Below, piece after piece: positions 1 through 8,383 of a stretch of 64,000 nt of DNA. The stretch lies in assembly GCA_038891095.1 (NCBI GenBank), contig JAWAEV010000001.1:292468-356467 (forward strand). The letters run 5' to 3'. Source of the stretch: Candidatus Altiarchaeota archaeon. Lineage in GTDB: Archaea > Altiarchaeota > Altiarchaeia > IMC4 > QMZM01. Each line of letters begins with the position of its first letter. Position 1 is the first letter of the stretch. The notes below the pieces were generated by a model. The model had not been told where the DNA came from and made no database searches. It worked only from the letters and a program-made list of their open reading frames with translations. The position numbers were made by a program, and so were the translations under genes.

Positions 1-1
1 G

Positions 2-157
2 ATGATTTCAAAAAAAATTTCAAAGAGGGATAAAGATATAAAGAGAAGACTAATAAAACTTGAAAAAATTGGAAAAGAACTCGCCTGTAGAATAAAAATT
101 TTGGAGAAAAAACTTAACTTTAAGAAGCTAACAAAAAAGAAAAAAGTGGTTAAGTAA
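2..157 (+). CDS. small basic hypothetical protein or 3' end of a gene entering the window
   Basis: Open frame 2-157 (MISKKISKRDKDIKRR...KVVK*), converging on and overlapping the mtnA stop; not in ORF track; may be partial. Confidence 0.35.
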   Translation: MISKKISKRDKDIKRRLIKLEKIGKELACRIKILEKKLNFKKLTKKKKVVK

Positions 158-1211
158 AAACATTAACTAACTTTTTTTTAATTTCACTTGGCTTGAAAAT
201 TCCAACATTAGTTATGAATGCCGTAACAAATCTCTTTGGAGTTATGTCAAATGCAGGATTTCTTGCTTTTGCCCCTTTTGGGGCAATTCTTCTTTTTCCT
301 AAATATAAAACCTCATCATCTGTTCTTTCTTCAATTTTTATTTCCTTGCCTGAATTGCAATTTTTATCAAAAGTTGTTAAAGGTGCAGCAACATAAAAGG
401 GAATGGAATTTTCCTTTGCTAAAACTGCCTTCTCATATGTTCCAATTTTATTTGCAAAATCACCATTTATTGCAATCCTGTCTGCTCCAACAATGCATAG
501 ATCAACTTCACCTTTCTGCATGAAATAACCTGCTGCATTATCAGCAATTATTGCATGTGGAATTCCCTCATTTATTAACTCCCAAGAAGTTAATTTTGCT
601 CCTTGTAATCTTGGCCTTGTTTCATCAACCCAAACAAAAATTTTCTTTTTTGAATAGTGAGCTTCTCTTATCACAGCAAGAGCTGTGCCATGGTCAACAC
701 ATCCTAAAGCACCTGCATTGCAATGAGTTAAAATTTTATCCCCATTCTTTATCAATTTATTTCCAAAAATTCCAATTTTTTTACAAGCAATCTCGATTTT
801 TTTTGCATATTTCTTGCTAGAAATAATTGCAACTTTTTTTGCTTCATTCACAGATTTCGCTTTTTTTATTTTTTCTGTTATCTCATCAACAGCATGAAAA
901 AGATCAAATGCTGTCGGCCTTGTGCTAATGAGAACTTTTTTTGCTTTTTCTAAATGCTCAAAAAATTTCTTCATATTTTCTCCTTGAAATTCTAATGCTG
1001 CCTGTGCCATTGAATAAGCAGATACTGCACCAATTGCTGGTGCCCCCCTTACTATCATATTTTTTATTGCTAATGCGGTCTTCCTGTGATTTTCTGATTT
1101 GTAAATTTCAAATTTTTCAGGCAATTTTCTTTGGTCAATAAGGAAAATAGTCTTGTTGGACATCCAAACTGTTTTATATTCTCTATGGCCTTCGCTAAAT
1201 CTTACTTTCAT
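150..1211 (-). CDS. mtnA: S-methyl-5-thioribose-1-phosphate isomerase (eIF-2B-like family)
   Basis: Motifs IDQRKLP, MIVRGAPAIG, RPTA, THCNAGALG, DETRPRLQGAKLT, GADRI, NKIGTY, NPAFDITP; ATG at 1211 preferred over TTG 1223. Confidence 0.9.
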   Translation of the reverse strand: MKVRFSEGHREYKTVWMSNKTIFLIDQRKLPEKFEIYKSENHRKTALAIKNMIVRGAPAIGAVSAYSMAQAALEFQGENMKKFFEHLEKAKKVLISTRPTAFDLFHAVDEITEKIKKAKSVNEAKKVAIISSKKYAKKIEIACKKIGIFGNKLIKNGDKILTHCNAGALGCVDHGTALAVIREAHYSKKKIFVWVDETRPRLQGAKLTSWELINEGIPHAIIADNAAGYFMQKGEVDLCIVGADRIAINGDFANKIGTYEKAVLAKENSIPFYVAAPLTTFDKNCNSGKEIKIEERTDDEVLYLGKRRIAPKGAKARNPAFDITPKRFVTAFITNVGIFKPSEIKKKLVNVFT

Positions 1212-1315
1212 TTTATAACTCAAATTTTTTTAATTTATATACTAAAATGTAAATTTTAATAATGATGGTTTTTCTAAAAATATGAACTGGGATTATAGAA
1301 TTCTAAACAGGAAAA

Positions 1316-1447
1316 ATGATATGCGACATCTGTGGTAAAACTGTTGATAAGGTATATGTATGCTCTGATTGCGGCTCTTTATTTTGTGTCAAATGTGGTA
1401 ATGTTGAGAAAAAACTCTGCAAAGATTGCGAAAGCTTAGAATTTTAA
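1316..1447 (+). CDS. 43-aa zinc-finger micro-protein with four CxxC motifs
   Basis: Manual translation MICDICGKTVDKVYVCSDCGSLFCVKCGNVEKKLCKDCESLEF*; below ORF-track cutoff. Confidence 0.8.
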   Translation: MICDICGKTVDKVYVCSDCGSLFCVKCGNVEKKLCKDCESLEF

Positions 1448-1490
1448 ATTTTTATTTTATTTTTATCAAATATTTTCTCTTTTATTATTA

Positions 1491-1709
1491 ATGGAAATAA
1501 AAGGTTTTCAAGAGTATAGAAAAAGGGAATTTTGTAATTCTGTTAAATGTCCAGTGCAATTGGAGTTGAATAAAACAAAAGAAAACTCAGAAGAATATGA
1601 AAAAATTAGAGATGAATGCAAAACAAACTGCAGATTTTCAGCAAGAGATTTTCATTATTGGTTGATTAACCATGGATACATTATTATTAAACCAAAAGAG
1701 GTGAAATAA
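1491..1709 (+). CDS. small Cys/His-containing hypothetical protein translationally coupled to lsrF
   Basis: 72 aa, CxxxxC...CxxxC...H; stop overlaps lsrF ATG (TAATG); GAGGTGA SD for lsrF inside its 3' end. Confidence 0.75.
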   Translation: MEIKGFQEYRKREFCNSVKCPVQLELNKTKENSEEYEKIRDECKTNCRFSARDFHYWLINHGYIIIKPKEVK

Positions 1710-2497
1710 TGGACTGGGGGATGAAAAATAGGTTGTCAAGGATAATAAAGCCTAAGGATAAGAGAACAGTTATGCTCGCTGTTGATCATGGATATTTTAT
1801 GGGGCCAACAACTGGTTTAGAAAATTTTGAAATTGTGAAAAAAATTTTACCTTATGCAGATGCCATAATGCTGACAAGAGGTGCTTTAAGGAATTATATT
1901 CAGCCAGAAGAAGATATACCAGTAGTATTGAGAGTTTCTGGCGGAACAAGCATAATAGGTAAGGAACTACTACATGAAGGTATAATAACCTCGATAAAAG
2001 ATGCTTTAAAACTGAATGTTTCTGGCTTAGCATTTTCTATAATGGTTGGTTCAGAATTTGAAAGAGATACCTTGTTAGGATTAGCAAAAATTGTTGATCT
2101 TGGCGAGGAATATGGAATTCCTGTAGTGGCAGTAACAGCAGTAGGGAAAGAATTAGTTAGAGATGCCCGTTACTTAGCATTAGCATCAAGAATTGCTGCT
2201 GAATTTGGTGCACATATTGTTAAGACATATTATTGTGAAAATTTTGAAAAAGTTGTTGATAGTTGCCCTGTGCCAATTGTTATTGCTGGTGGTAAAAAAA
2301 TTTCTGAGGAGGAAGCATTGAAGATGACTTATGATGCTATTCAGAAAGGTGCTTCTGGTGTAGATATGGGGAGAAACATCTTCCAATCAGAAAATCCAAA
2401 AGCGATGATTAAGGCAGTGAAAGCAATTGTTCATGAAAATTTCTCTGCAAAGGAAGCGATTGAAATGTTTAAGAAAGAAAAAGGGGAAACCAGATAA
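1709..2497 (+). CDS. lsrF: LsrF-type 3-hydroxy-5-phosphonooxypentane-2,4-dione thiolase (DhnA/class I aldolase fold)
   Basis: MDWGMKNRLSRI, MLAVDHGYFMGPTTGLE, Schiff-base Lys in HIVKTYY, GVDMGRNIFQS closely match LsrF. Confidence 0.88.
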   Translation: MDWGMKNRLSRIIKPKDKRTVMLAVDHGYFMGPTTGLENFEIVKKILPYADAIMLTRGALRNYIQPEEDIPVVLRVSGGTSIIGKELLHEGIITSIKDALKLNVSGLAFSIMVGSEFERDTLLGLAKIVDLGEEYGIPVVAVTAVGKELVRDARYLALASRIAAEFGAHIVKTYYCENFEKVVDSCPVPIVIAGGKKISEEEALKMTYDAIQKGASGVDMGRNIFQSENPKAMIKAVKAIVHENFSAKEAIEMFKKEKGETR

Positions 2498-2563
2498 CAC
2501 AAGTTCGCTTTTAGCTCCAAAAAGGATTAAGAGAATAAAATGTTCGCTTAATAGTTGTTATGC
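2492..2563 (+). other. degenerate attC-like (or attI-like) recombination site
   Basis: AGATAAC (2492-2498, contains lsrF stop) ... GTTATGC (2557-2563); internal direct repeat GTTCGCTT at 2503 and 2542; weak inner pairing. Confidence 0.4.
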
Positions 2564-2851
2564 TCAATTGCGAGTCGCCCATAAACGAGATCGCCACCGA
2601 AATTCTTCTTTTGTTGCCTCGTTAAAATTCACAAAATGAAAAGGAAAAAACGAAATTGCTTCGCAAATCGTCTAAGAAAATTTTAACGAAATTTTTTCTT
2701 GTTCTTTACGAGAGAGTGCTGCCGTTACGTTTTTGATTCTTTTTTTCTGAAGAAAATAAGGTGGTTAAGAAAGGGGGTGTCGTTTCAAGTCGTTTTCAAC
2801 TTTATTAATACATTTATCAGGATTTTTTAATCTCGTGCTCCCAGAAGACAC

Positions 2852-2879
2852 TTTACTTTTTAAGTCAAAAAAATATAAT
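2852..2879 (+). promoter_or_regulatory. bacterial sigma70-like promoter upstream of the FecR-domain cassette gene
   Basis: TTTACT-16nt-TATAAT followed by GGAGG SD before ATG 2898. Confidence 0.35.
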
Positions 2880-2897
2880 TAAAATGGAGGGATTATT

Positions 2898-4262
2898 ATG
2901 AAAAAATTATCATTTCTTTTATTGGCAACGGGTATGCTTTTAGTTGCTCAAAATTTCTCTGTACTTGCCGAAGAATCTCTATGGCCGCAAGGCGATTTTG
3001 ATTTAGTTTATCCTGTCTATAGAATGTATACTCCCTCAGATCCGGCACCAATAGATAAAGATTACAAAATTCTTTTTGCTTTTTCTCCGCTTTCAGTAAG
3101 GGATGGAAAAGTTTCTACAATTGTCACTCGTCGAACTCCTCTATCATATACTCTTGCCTCTCAACAATTTGATGGCGATGGCATTATCAAAATGGATGGC
3201 GTGTATGATAAAGAAACCGGGAAAATCAGCGGACAATATGAAATTAATTTACAGACTAAAAGTAGAGTAAGCAATTTAAATGCCGGACTACGTTATAGTG
3301 AAGGCTGGGTTGAACGGTCAGAAAGTGGTACTTTTCAAGGACAGGTGATAAAAGACCACGTGGTTTTAAATTTTGCCTGCAAAAAATCAAGTGGACAATA
3401 TTATCGGAAGTACAGAGACAATAAAGAAGAAAGCGGCTCAATAAGCAAGTGTACATATTTTTTCAATAAAGTAGCTTATCAGGTTATACCAATAGTAAAA
3501 TCAGAACCGGCAACTTACAAACAAGAACCCGCAGAAACACCTAAAAAACATGTTGATTCAGGTGTCAGAGTGGCTGGGATGACTGGTCAGTGCGATATTG
3601 AAATCGATGGAGTCAGACGTCCTCTTAAAATGGATGATGTTATTCCTGTTGACGCCCATATTATTACAGAAGAGGACAGCAAAATTATCCTTGCTTTTAC
3701 TGATATGAGCACTTTTGTGGTTGAACCTGAATCTCATATTGTTATAAGCGCTCCAGCTGAAAAAGAAAGCAAACTTAAATTAGTTGCCGGAAACATTTGG
3801 GCCAATATTAAAAAAATGATTAAAGATGGAACAATGGAGGTGGAAATGAATCAGGCGGTGGCAGGAATCAAAGGAACAACTTTTGTCTGCGAGGAAAAAG
3901 ACGGGAAATCAACCCTAAAAGTATTTGAAGGTGTGGTTGATTTTAAATCCAAGGCAAGCAGCGAGACGGTTCAGGTAAAAGGCGGAGAAAAAGTTGTGGC
4001 TGATAATAAAGGACTTTCGCCAGTCGAGAAATTTGATACATTTGAGGAAGTACAATCTTTAATGAAATTAAGAAATGAAGAAGATATTAATTGGGCAGAG
4101 GGCGAAGAAAAAGAAACACAGGATTTATCGGCAACTAAAAAACCAGAAATAACAAAAGAAAAAGCCTCTAATCAATGGCTGTTTATTGGAATAATTCTAA
4201 TTTTGGCACTAATAATAATATTAGTGGGATTAAAGATCGCTAGAAAAGCTAAAAGTAAATAA
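2898..4262 (+). CDS. secreted, C-terminally membrane-anchored FecR-domain protein
   Basis: Signal peptide; FecR-like segment (IITEEDSKIILAFTDMS...LKLVAGNIW...VAGIKGTTF...LKVFEGVV); C-terminal TM helix plus basic tail. Confidence 0.75.
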   Translation: MKKLSFLLLATGMLLVAQNFSVLAEESLWPQGDFDLVYPVYRMYTPSDPAPIDKDYKILFAFSPLSVRDGKVSTIVTRRTPLSYTLASQQFDGDGIIKMDGVYDKETGKISGQYEINLQTKSRVSNLNAGLRYSEGWVERSESGTFQGQVIKDHVVLNFACKKSSGQYYRKYRDNKEESGSISKCTYFFNKVAYQVIPIVKSEPATYKQEPAETPKKHVDSGVRVAGMTGQCDIEIDGVRRPLKMDDVIPVDAHIITEEDSKIILAFTDMSTFVVEPESHIVISAPAEKESKLKLVAGNIWANIKKMIKDGTMEVEMNQAVAGIKGTTFVCEEKDGKSTLKVFEGVVDFKSKASSETVQVKGGEKVVADNKGLSPVEKFDTFEEVQSLMKLRNEEDINWAEGEEKETQDLSATKKPEITKEKASNQWLFIGIILILALIIILVGLKIARKAKSK

Positions 4263-4530
4263 AGAATTTATCGCCATAATGATATGACTAAAATCGAAGA
4301 AATTTTAAAATTTAAAATCAAGCCGAAAGAAAAGGATATAGAATTTAAGCCGCGAGAACTCTATAAACCTCAACGCTTTGTCTCCTAAATGACTAATCGC
4401 AAAATCAATATAAAGTTCGACAAATTCGGGGTTTTCCTGTGAGGCGTATTCCAGAGACTCTATCAGATGTCCCTTGGTCACTAGCAGATGCTAATTATTC
4501 AAAACCCAACGATTCCCTCAACAAACCTGT

Positions 4531-4619
4531 ACATAACAGTGGATAAACGGTCGACTCTCGCATAGTCTCACCCAAATGCTCGCTGACATTCGCACTTCTT
4601 ATGTCCGCAGCTGTTAGGC
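4531..4619 (+). other. attC site
   Basis: R'' ACATAAC (4531-4537) and R' GTTAGGC (4613-4619); TAACAG/CTGTTA pairing; partial inner arms GGATAA/TTATGTCC; 89 bp. Confidence 0.65.
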
Positions 4620-4662
4620 GAAATGCCCAAACCCGACTTTGAAAATCGGAGGTAATAGAACT

Positions 4663-5274
4663 ATGGAAACAAAATTAGACCTGACAAAGGAATACAAAAC
4701 CTATTATACAGCAAGAACAAACCCTAATGTAGTTGAATTTGGTGAAATTCCATTTTTGACTATTGAGGGCAAAGGTGAACCCGCTGGAGAAGTTTTTACA
4801 AAAGCAGTTGAAGCTTTGTATCCTCTTGCCTATAGTGTCAAAAATATCTCTAAAAAGCAGGGTAAAGATTTTAGTGTCCCAAAATTAGAGGGATTATGGT
4901 GGGTAGAGCCTGATAGACCTGCTTTGGAGGTGCCTCGCGAAGAATGGCGCTGGAAACTTCTTATTCGTATGCCTGATTTTGTTACTTCAGATATGGTAGA
5001 GAAGGCAAAAGAAGAGGTTTTCAAAAAGAAAGGAATAACTCTGGTTAAGGAAATCAAGTTCGAAAAGATTAAGGAAGGTAAATGCATTCAGATATTGCAC
5101 ATAGGGCCATATTCAACAGAGCCAGAGTCGTTATCAAAAATGCGAAAATTGATGGAACAGAAAAATCTTGTTGAAAATGGTCTTCACCATGAAATCTATC
5201 TTTCTGACCCACGAAAGGTTGCTCCAGAAAAGATGAAAACTATTTTAAGGCAACCAGTGAAAGAAAGAGGTTAG
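4663..5274 (+). CDS. GyrI-like small-molecule binding domain protein
   Basis: KLDLTKEYK.YY, IEGKGEP, PKLEGLWW, WRWKLLIRMPDFV, HIGPYSTE, HHEIYLSDPRK, TILRQPV; GGAGGT SD before ATG 4663. Confidence 0.88.
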   Translation: METKLDLTKEYKTYYTARTNPNVVEFGEIPFLTIEGKGEPAGEVFTKAVEALYPLAYSVKNISKKQGKDFSVPKLEGLWWVEPDRPALEVPREEWRWKLLIRMPDFVTSDMVEKAKEEVFKKKGITLVKEIKFEKIKEGKCIQILHIGPYSTEPESLSKMRKLMEQKNLVENGLHHEIYLSDPRKVAPEKMKTILRQPVKERG

Positions 5275-5279
5275 AAAAA

Positions 5280-5966
5280 ATGCAATTTAACAACATCTTA
5301 AAAAAACTAAAATCCCTATCTAATCCCAGAGCCGTTGAAGGCATGGTTAAATACGGGATTACCGCTGAGAGAGCTTATGGCGTGTCAATTCCGAATTTAA
5401 GAAAGATTGCCAAAGAAATAGGAAAAGACCATAAACTTGCTCAACAACTTTGGAAATTAAATATTCGAGAAACTCGAATACTTGCAAGTATGATTGATGA
5501 CCCTGTATTAGTGACCGAGAAGCAAATGGAAAAATGGGTAAAGGAGTTTGATTACTGGGAAATCTGTGACCAGATCTGTCAAAATCTTTTTACTTACTCT
5601 AAATTTGCTTATCAAAAAGCCATAGAATGGAGCGAAAGAGACGAAGAATTCGTAAAAAGGGCAGGGTTTGCTTTAATGGCTTGGTTAGCTTTTAAAGATA
5701 AGAAAGCAAAAGATGAGCAATTTGAAGTATTCTTTCCAATCATAAAAAGAGAATCTACTGATGATAGAATCCTTGTTAAGAAAGCTGTGAATTGGGCATT
5801 AAGACAGATTGGGAAACGAAATATTGCCTTGAATACAAAGGCAATTGAAACTGCGAAAGAGATTCAAAAGATAGAATCTAAAAGTGCTAAATGGATTGCT
5901 CAAGATGCAGTCAAGGAATTAACGAGCAATGCAATCCAAGAAAGATTGAAAGAAAGAGGTAAATAA
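5280..5966 (+). CDS. DNA alkylation repair protein (AlkD-like HEAT-repeat glycosylase family)
   Basis: YGVSIPNLRKIAK, RETRILA, FDYWEICD, EEFVKRAGF, VKKAVNWALRQIGKRN. Confidence 0.88.
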   Translation: MQFNNILKKLKSLSNPRAVEGMVKYGITAERAYGVSIPNLRKIAKEIGKDHKLAQQLWKLNIRETRILASMIDDPVLVTEKQMEKWVKEFDYWEICDQICQNLFTYSKFAYQKAIEWSERDEEFVKRAGFALMAWLAFKDKKAKDEQFEVFFPIIKRESTDDRILVKKAVNWALRQIGKRNIALNTKAIETAKEIQKIESKSAKWIAQDAVKELTSNAIQERLKERGK

Positions 5967-6020
5967 TATGGATGGACTTGGGCACTCTGCAGTGCTTCGA
6001 ACCTTGCCCCTATCGGGGTC

Positions 6021-6102
6021 GCTTAACACAGCATATACGACTCACTTCGTTCGCCCAAATTTCGGCTACGCCGAAACTTCGTATATGACGGAGCCGTTAT
6101 GT
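6021..6102 (+). other. attC site
   Basis: R'' GCTTAAC (6021-6027), R' GTTATGT (6096-6102), perfect inner arms CATATACGA/TCGTATATG, central hairpin TTTCGGC-TAC-GCCGAAA; 82 bp. Confidence 0.82.
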
Positions 6103-6245
6103 GAAATTCGAAAACCTGCCTCTCACAAAAAGAGATCGTAAATTATGACTATTTTGTTGCATTCGTAAGTTTATATAAGGAAGAGGGCACTAGATTTAAT
6201 ATTAAAAGTTCTAATAAATTTATAAGAGCTGATTTTACTTTTCTC

Positions 6246-6584
6246 ATGAAAACTTGGATTAAATGCGGTATGATGGGATTAACAATTTGGGTTTTACTCT
6301 TTTTAGCATTTTATATTAGTGATTATCTAGTAAAATGTTCATTACCAACAAATGACTCTGGGTCTCCATTAGTAGGTAGTAGCTGTTGGAATTCTATTCA
6401 GGAGTTAATATTAATGATTTTTGCAGTTTTAAGTTTTCCTTTTCTTTTAGTTGGGGCAAATCCGAATATGACTACTGTTGGTCCTTTTCGTGTTATGCTT
6501 TTTTGGATTGGTAGCATGATATCTTTTGTTTTGTGGGGAATGTTAACTGGATGGATAATTGAAAAAATACTTGAGGCAAAGTAA
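6246..6584 (+). CDS. hypothetical membrane protein (3 TM), last cassette ORF
   Basis: 112 aa, three hydrophobic segments; follows attC. Confidence 0.7.
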   Translation: MKTWIKCGMMGLTIWVLLFLAFYISDYLVKCSLPTNDSGSPLVGSSCWNSIQELILMIFAVLSFPFLLVGANPNMTTVGPFRVMLFWIGSMISFVLWGMLTGWIIEKILEAK

Positions 6585-6656
6585 CAGTAGGTTTAAATGT
6601 AGTCGTTTATCTTTACATTAGCATTTTAATTTCAATTTTCATATAATTTTCTTGCT

Positions 6657-7655
6657 ATGAAAGTTGCAGTTTACTATAGCAACAATGATATTCGCATAGA
6701 AGAAAGACCAATTCCAAAAATTAGCAAAGGTGAAATTTTACTTAAAGTTATTTCTTCAGGAATTTGTGGTAGTGATGTAATGGAATGGTACCGCATTAAG
6801 GAAGCTCCGAAAGTTTTAGGACATGAAGTTACTGGCATAGTTGAAAAAGTTGCTAAGGATGTGAAAAAATTTAAAGTTGGTGATAGAATTTTTGTGACGC
6901 ATCATGTTCCTTGTAATAAATGCAAATATTGTCTTCAAGGAGAAGAGACTGTTTGCAAAACTCTAAGAAGAACAAATTTTTATCCTGGTGGCTTTTCTCA
7001 ATACATAAGAATTCCAAAAATAAATGTAGAAAAAGGCACTTTTTTATTGCCAAGAGAAATTTCATTTGACGAAGGAACTTTTATTGAGCCATTAGCTTGT
7101 GTTATTCGCAGCCAAAGAAAAGCAGGTATAGAAAAAGGTCATAATGTGCTTATAATTGGCTCAGGAGTTTCAGGTTTATTACATATACAGTTAGCTAAAT
7201 TGAAGAAAGCAAAGAAAATTGCTGTTATTGACATTAATCCTTACCGCCTTAAAATTGCAAAAAAATTCGGAGCAAATTTTACAGCAAACGCAAATGAGAA
7301 TTTAGATGAGAAATTTGATAGAGTTATTGTTTGCACTTCTGCAAAGGAAGCAATAGAGAAATCATTTAAATTTGTTGATAATGCTGGAACAATTTTATTT
7401 TTTGCTCCAACAAGTCCAGAGAGCAAGATAGAAATGCCATTTAATGAGCTATGGTTTAAATGTGTTAAAATTATAAGTTCATATGCTGCTGCAGAAAAAG
7501 ACATTAAAGAGGCGATAAAAATTTTGAAGGAAAAGAAGATGAATTTAAAAGGAATGATTACGCATAAACTACCATTACAAGAAACATTAGAAGGCTTTAA
7601 AATTGTTTCTAAAGCTGATAGATCCATGAAAGTTATTATAAAACCACAAGAGTAA
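6657..7655 (+). CDS. zinc-dependent (MDR) sugar/polyol dehydrogenase, NAD-type
   Basis: GICGSD, GHE, structural Zn CNKCKYC...C, GSGVSG Rossmann motif, acidic residue in DINPYR. Confidence 0.92.
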   Translation: MKVAVYYSNNDIRIEERPIPKISKGEILLKVISSGICGSDVMEWYRIKEAPKVLGHEVTGIVEKVAKDVKKFKVGDRIFVTHHVPCNKCKYCLQGEETVCKTLRRTNFYPGGFSQYIRIPKINVEKGTFLLPREISFDEGTFIEPLACVIRSQRKAGIEKGHNVLIIGSGVSGLLHIQLAKLKKAKKIAVIDINPYRLKIAKKFGANFTANANENLDEKFDRVIVCTSAKEAIEKSFKFVDNAGTILFFAPTSPESKIEMPFNELWFKCVKIISSYAAAEKDIKEAIKILKEKKMNLKGMITHKLPLQETLEGFKIVSKADRSMKVIIKPQE

Positions 7656-7688
7656 ATTTTTATTTCTAAAATTTAATATCTATGTGAA

Positions 7689-8279
7689 ATGGATAGCAAA
7701 ACTCAAAGCAACAAAGTTATGATAGGAGATTATCTTGGCACAATAGAAGAGTTCCTATTAGGTGAAGGTACTTATGCTGAAAATGGAGAAATTTTTGCTG
7801 CAAGAATTGGAGAGAAAGTTGTTGATAAAGAAAGACATATTGTTAAAGTTATCGGTAAAAAACCTGTTGAATTACAAGTAGGACAAATTGTTTTTGGAAA
7901 AATAATTGATGTGAAAAAAAATTTCATAACTGTGACAATAAAAAAAATTCAAGGTTTTAATGAGGAGTTAGATATAAATGCAAATTTATATGTTGCAAAT
8001 ATTTCAGATAGCTATGTTAACAAACCAGAGGATATGTTTGGGATTGGTGATATAATAAAGGCAAGAGTTATAAAAATTGATATTGATCTTGTAGATATTT
8101 CAACAAAAGGCGATTTTGGAGTTGTAAAAGCATTCTGTAAGAAATGTAGATCTCAATTGGTGAAATCTGAAAAATTCAAAGAACGATTAGTTTGCGAAAG
8201 CTGCGGCAGTAAAGAAGTGAGAAAAATTGCTAGTGATTATGGAAATGTAGTAGAAACGACAACTATGATACATGTCTAA
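7689..8279 (+). CDS. csl4: exosome complex RNA-binding protein Csl4
   Basis: GDYLGTIEEFLLGEGTY, S1 domain, C-terminal CKKC...CESC Zn ribbon, RKIASDYG. Confidence 0.93.
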   Translation: MDSKTQSNKVMIGDYLGTIEEFLLGEGTYAENGEIFAARIGEKVVDKERHIVKVIGKKPVELQVGQIVFGKIIDVKKNFITVTIKKIQGFNEELDINANLYVANISDSYVNKPEDMFGIGDIIKARVIKIDIDLVDISTKGDFGVVKAFCKKCRSQLVKSEKFKERLVCESCGSKEVRKIASDYGNVVETTTMIHV

Positions 8280-8383
8280 TTCTCGAGTTTATCACATCTT
8301 CAGTTTTGTTTAAGATATACCTTGCAATGTTTTTCCTTGATCAACCAAGATTTTGATATAATAAAAAATTTATTTAAAAAAAT

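Larger units (their letters stand above)
2492..6609 (+). mobile_element. integron-like gene cassette array without integrase in window (CALIN-like)
   Basis: Co-oriented foreign-looking genes separated by attC-like imperfect palindromes; interrupts lsrF and Zn-dehydrogenase; more CG-rich than flanks. Confidence 0.7.

Noticed and set aside
150-1211. Ribose-1,5-bisphosphate isomerase call, given AMP phosphorylase nearby
   Set aside because: THCNAGALG..GTA and LQGAKLT motifs and the N-terminal IDQR segment are MtnA-type.
2427-2639. 70-aa ORF across the lsrF end
   Set aside because: Overlaps lsrF out of frame and runs through the recombination-site region; no motifs.
4284-4388. 34-aa ORF MTKIEEILKFK... 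after the FecR gene
   Set aside because: No SD or recognisable motif; probably a gene fragment carried within the cassette.
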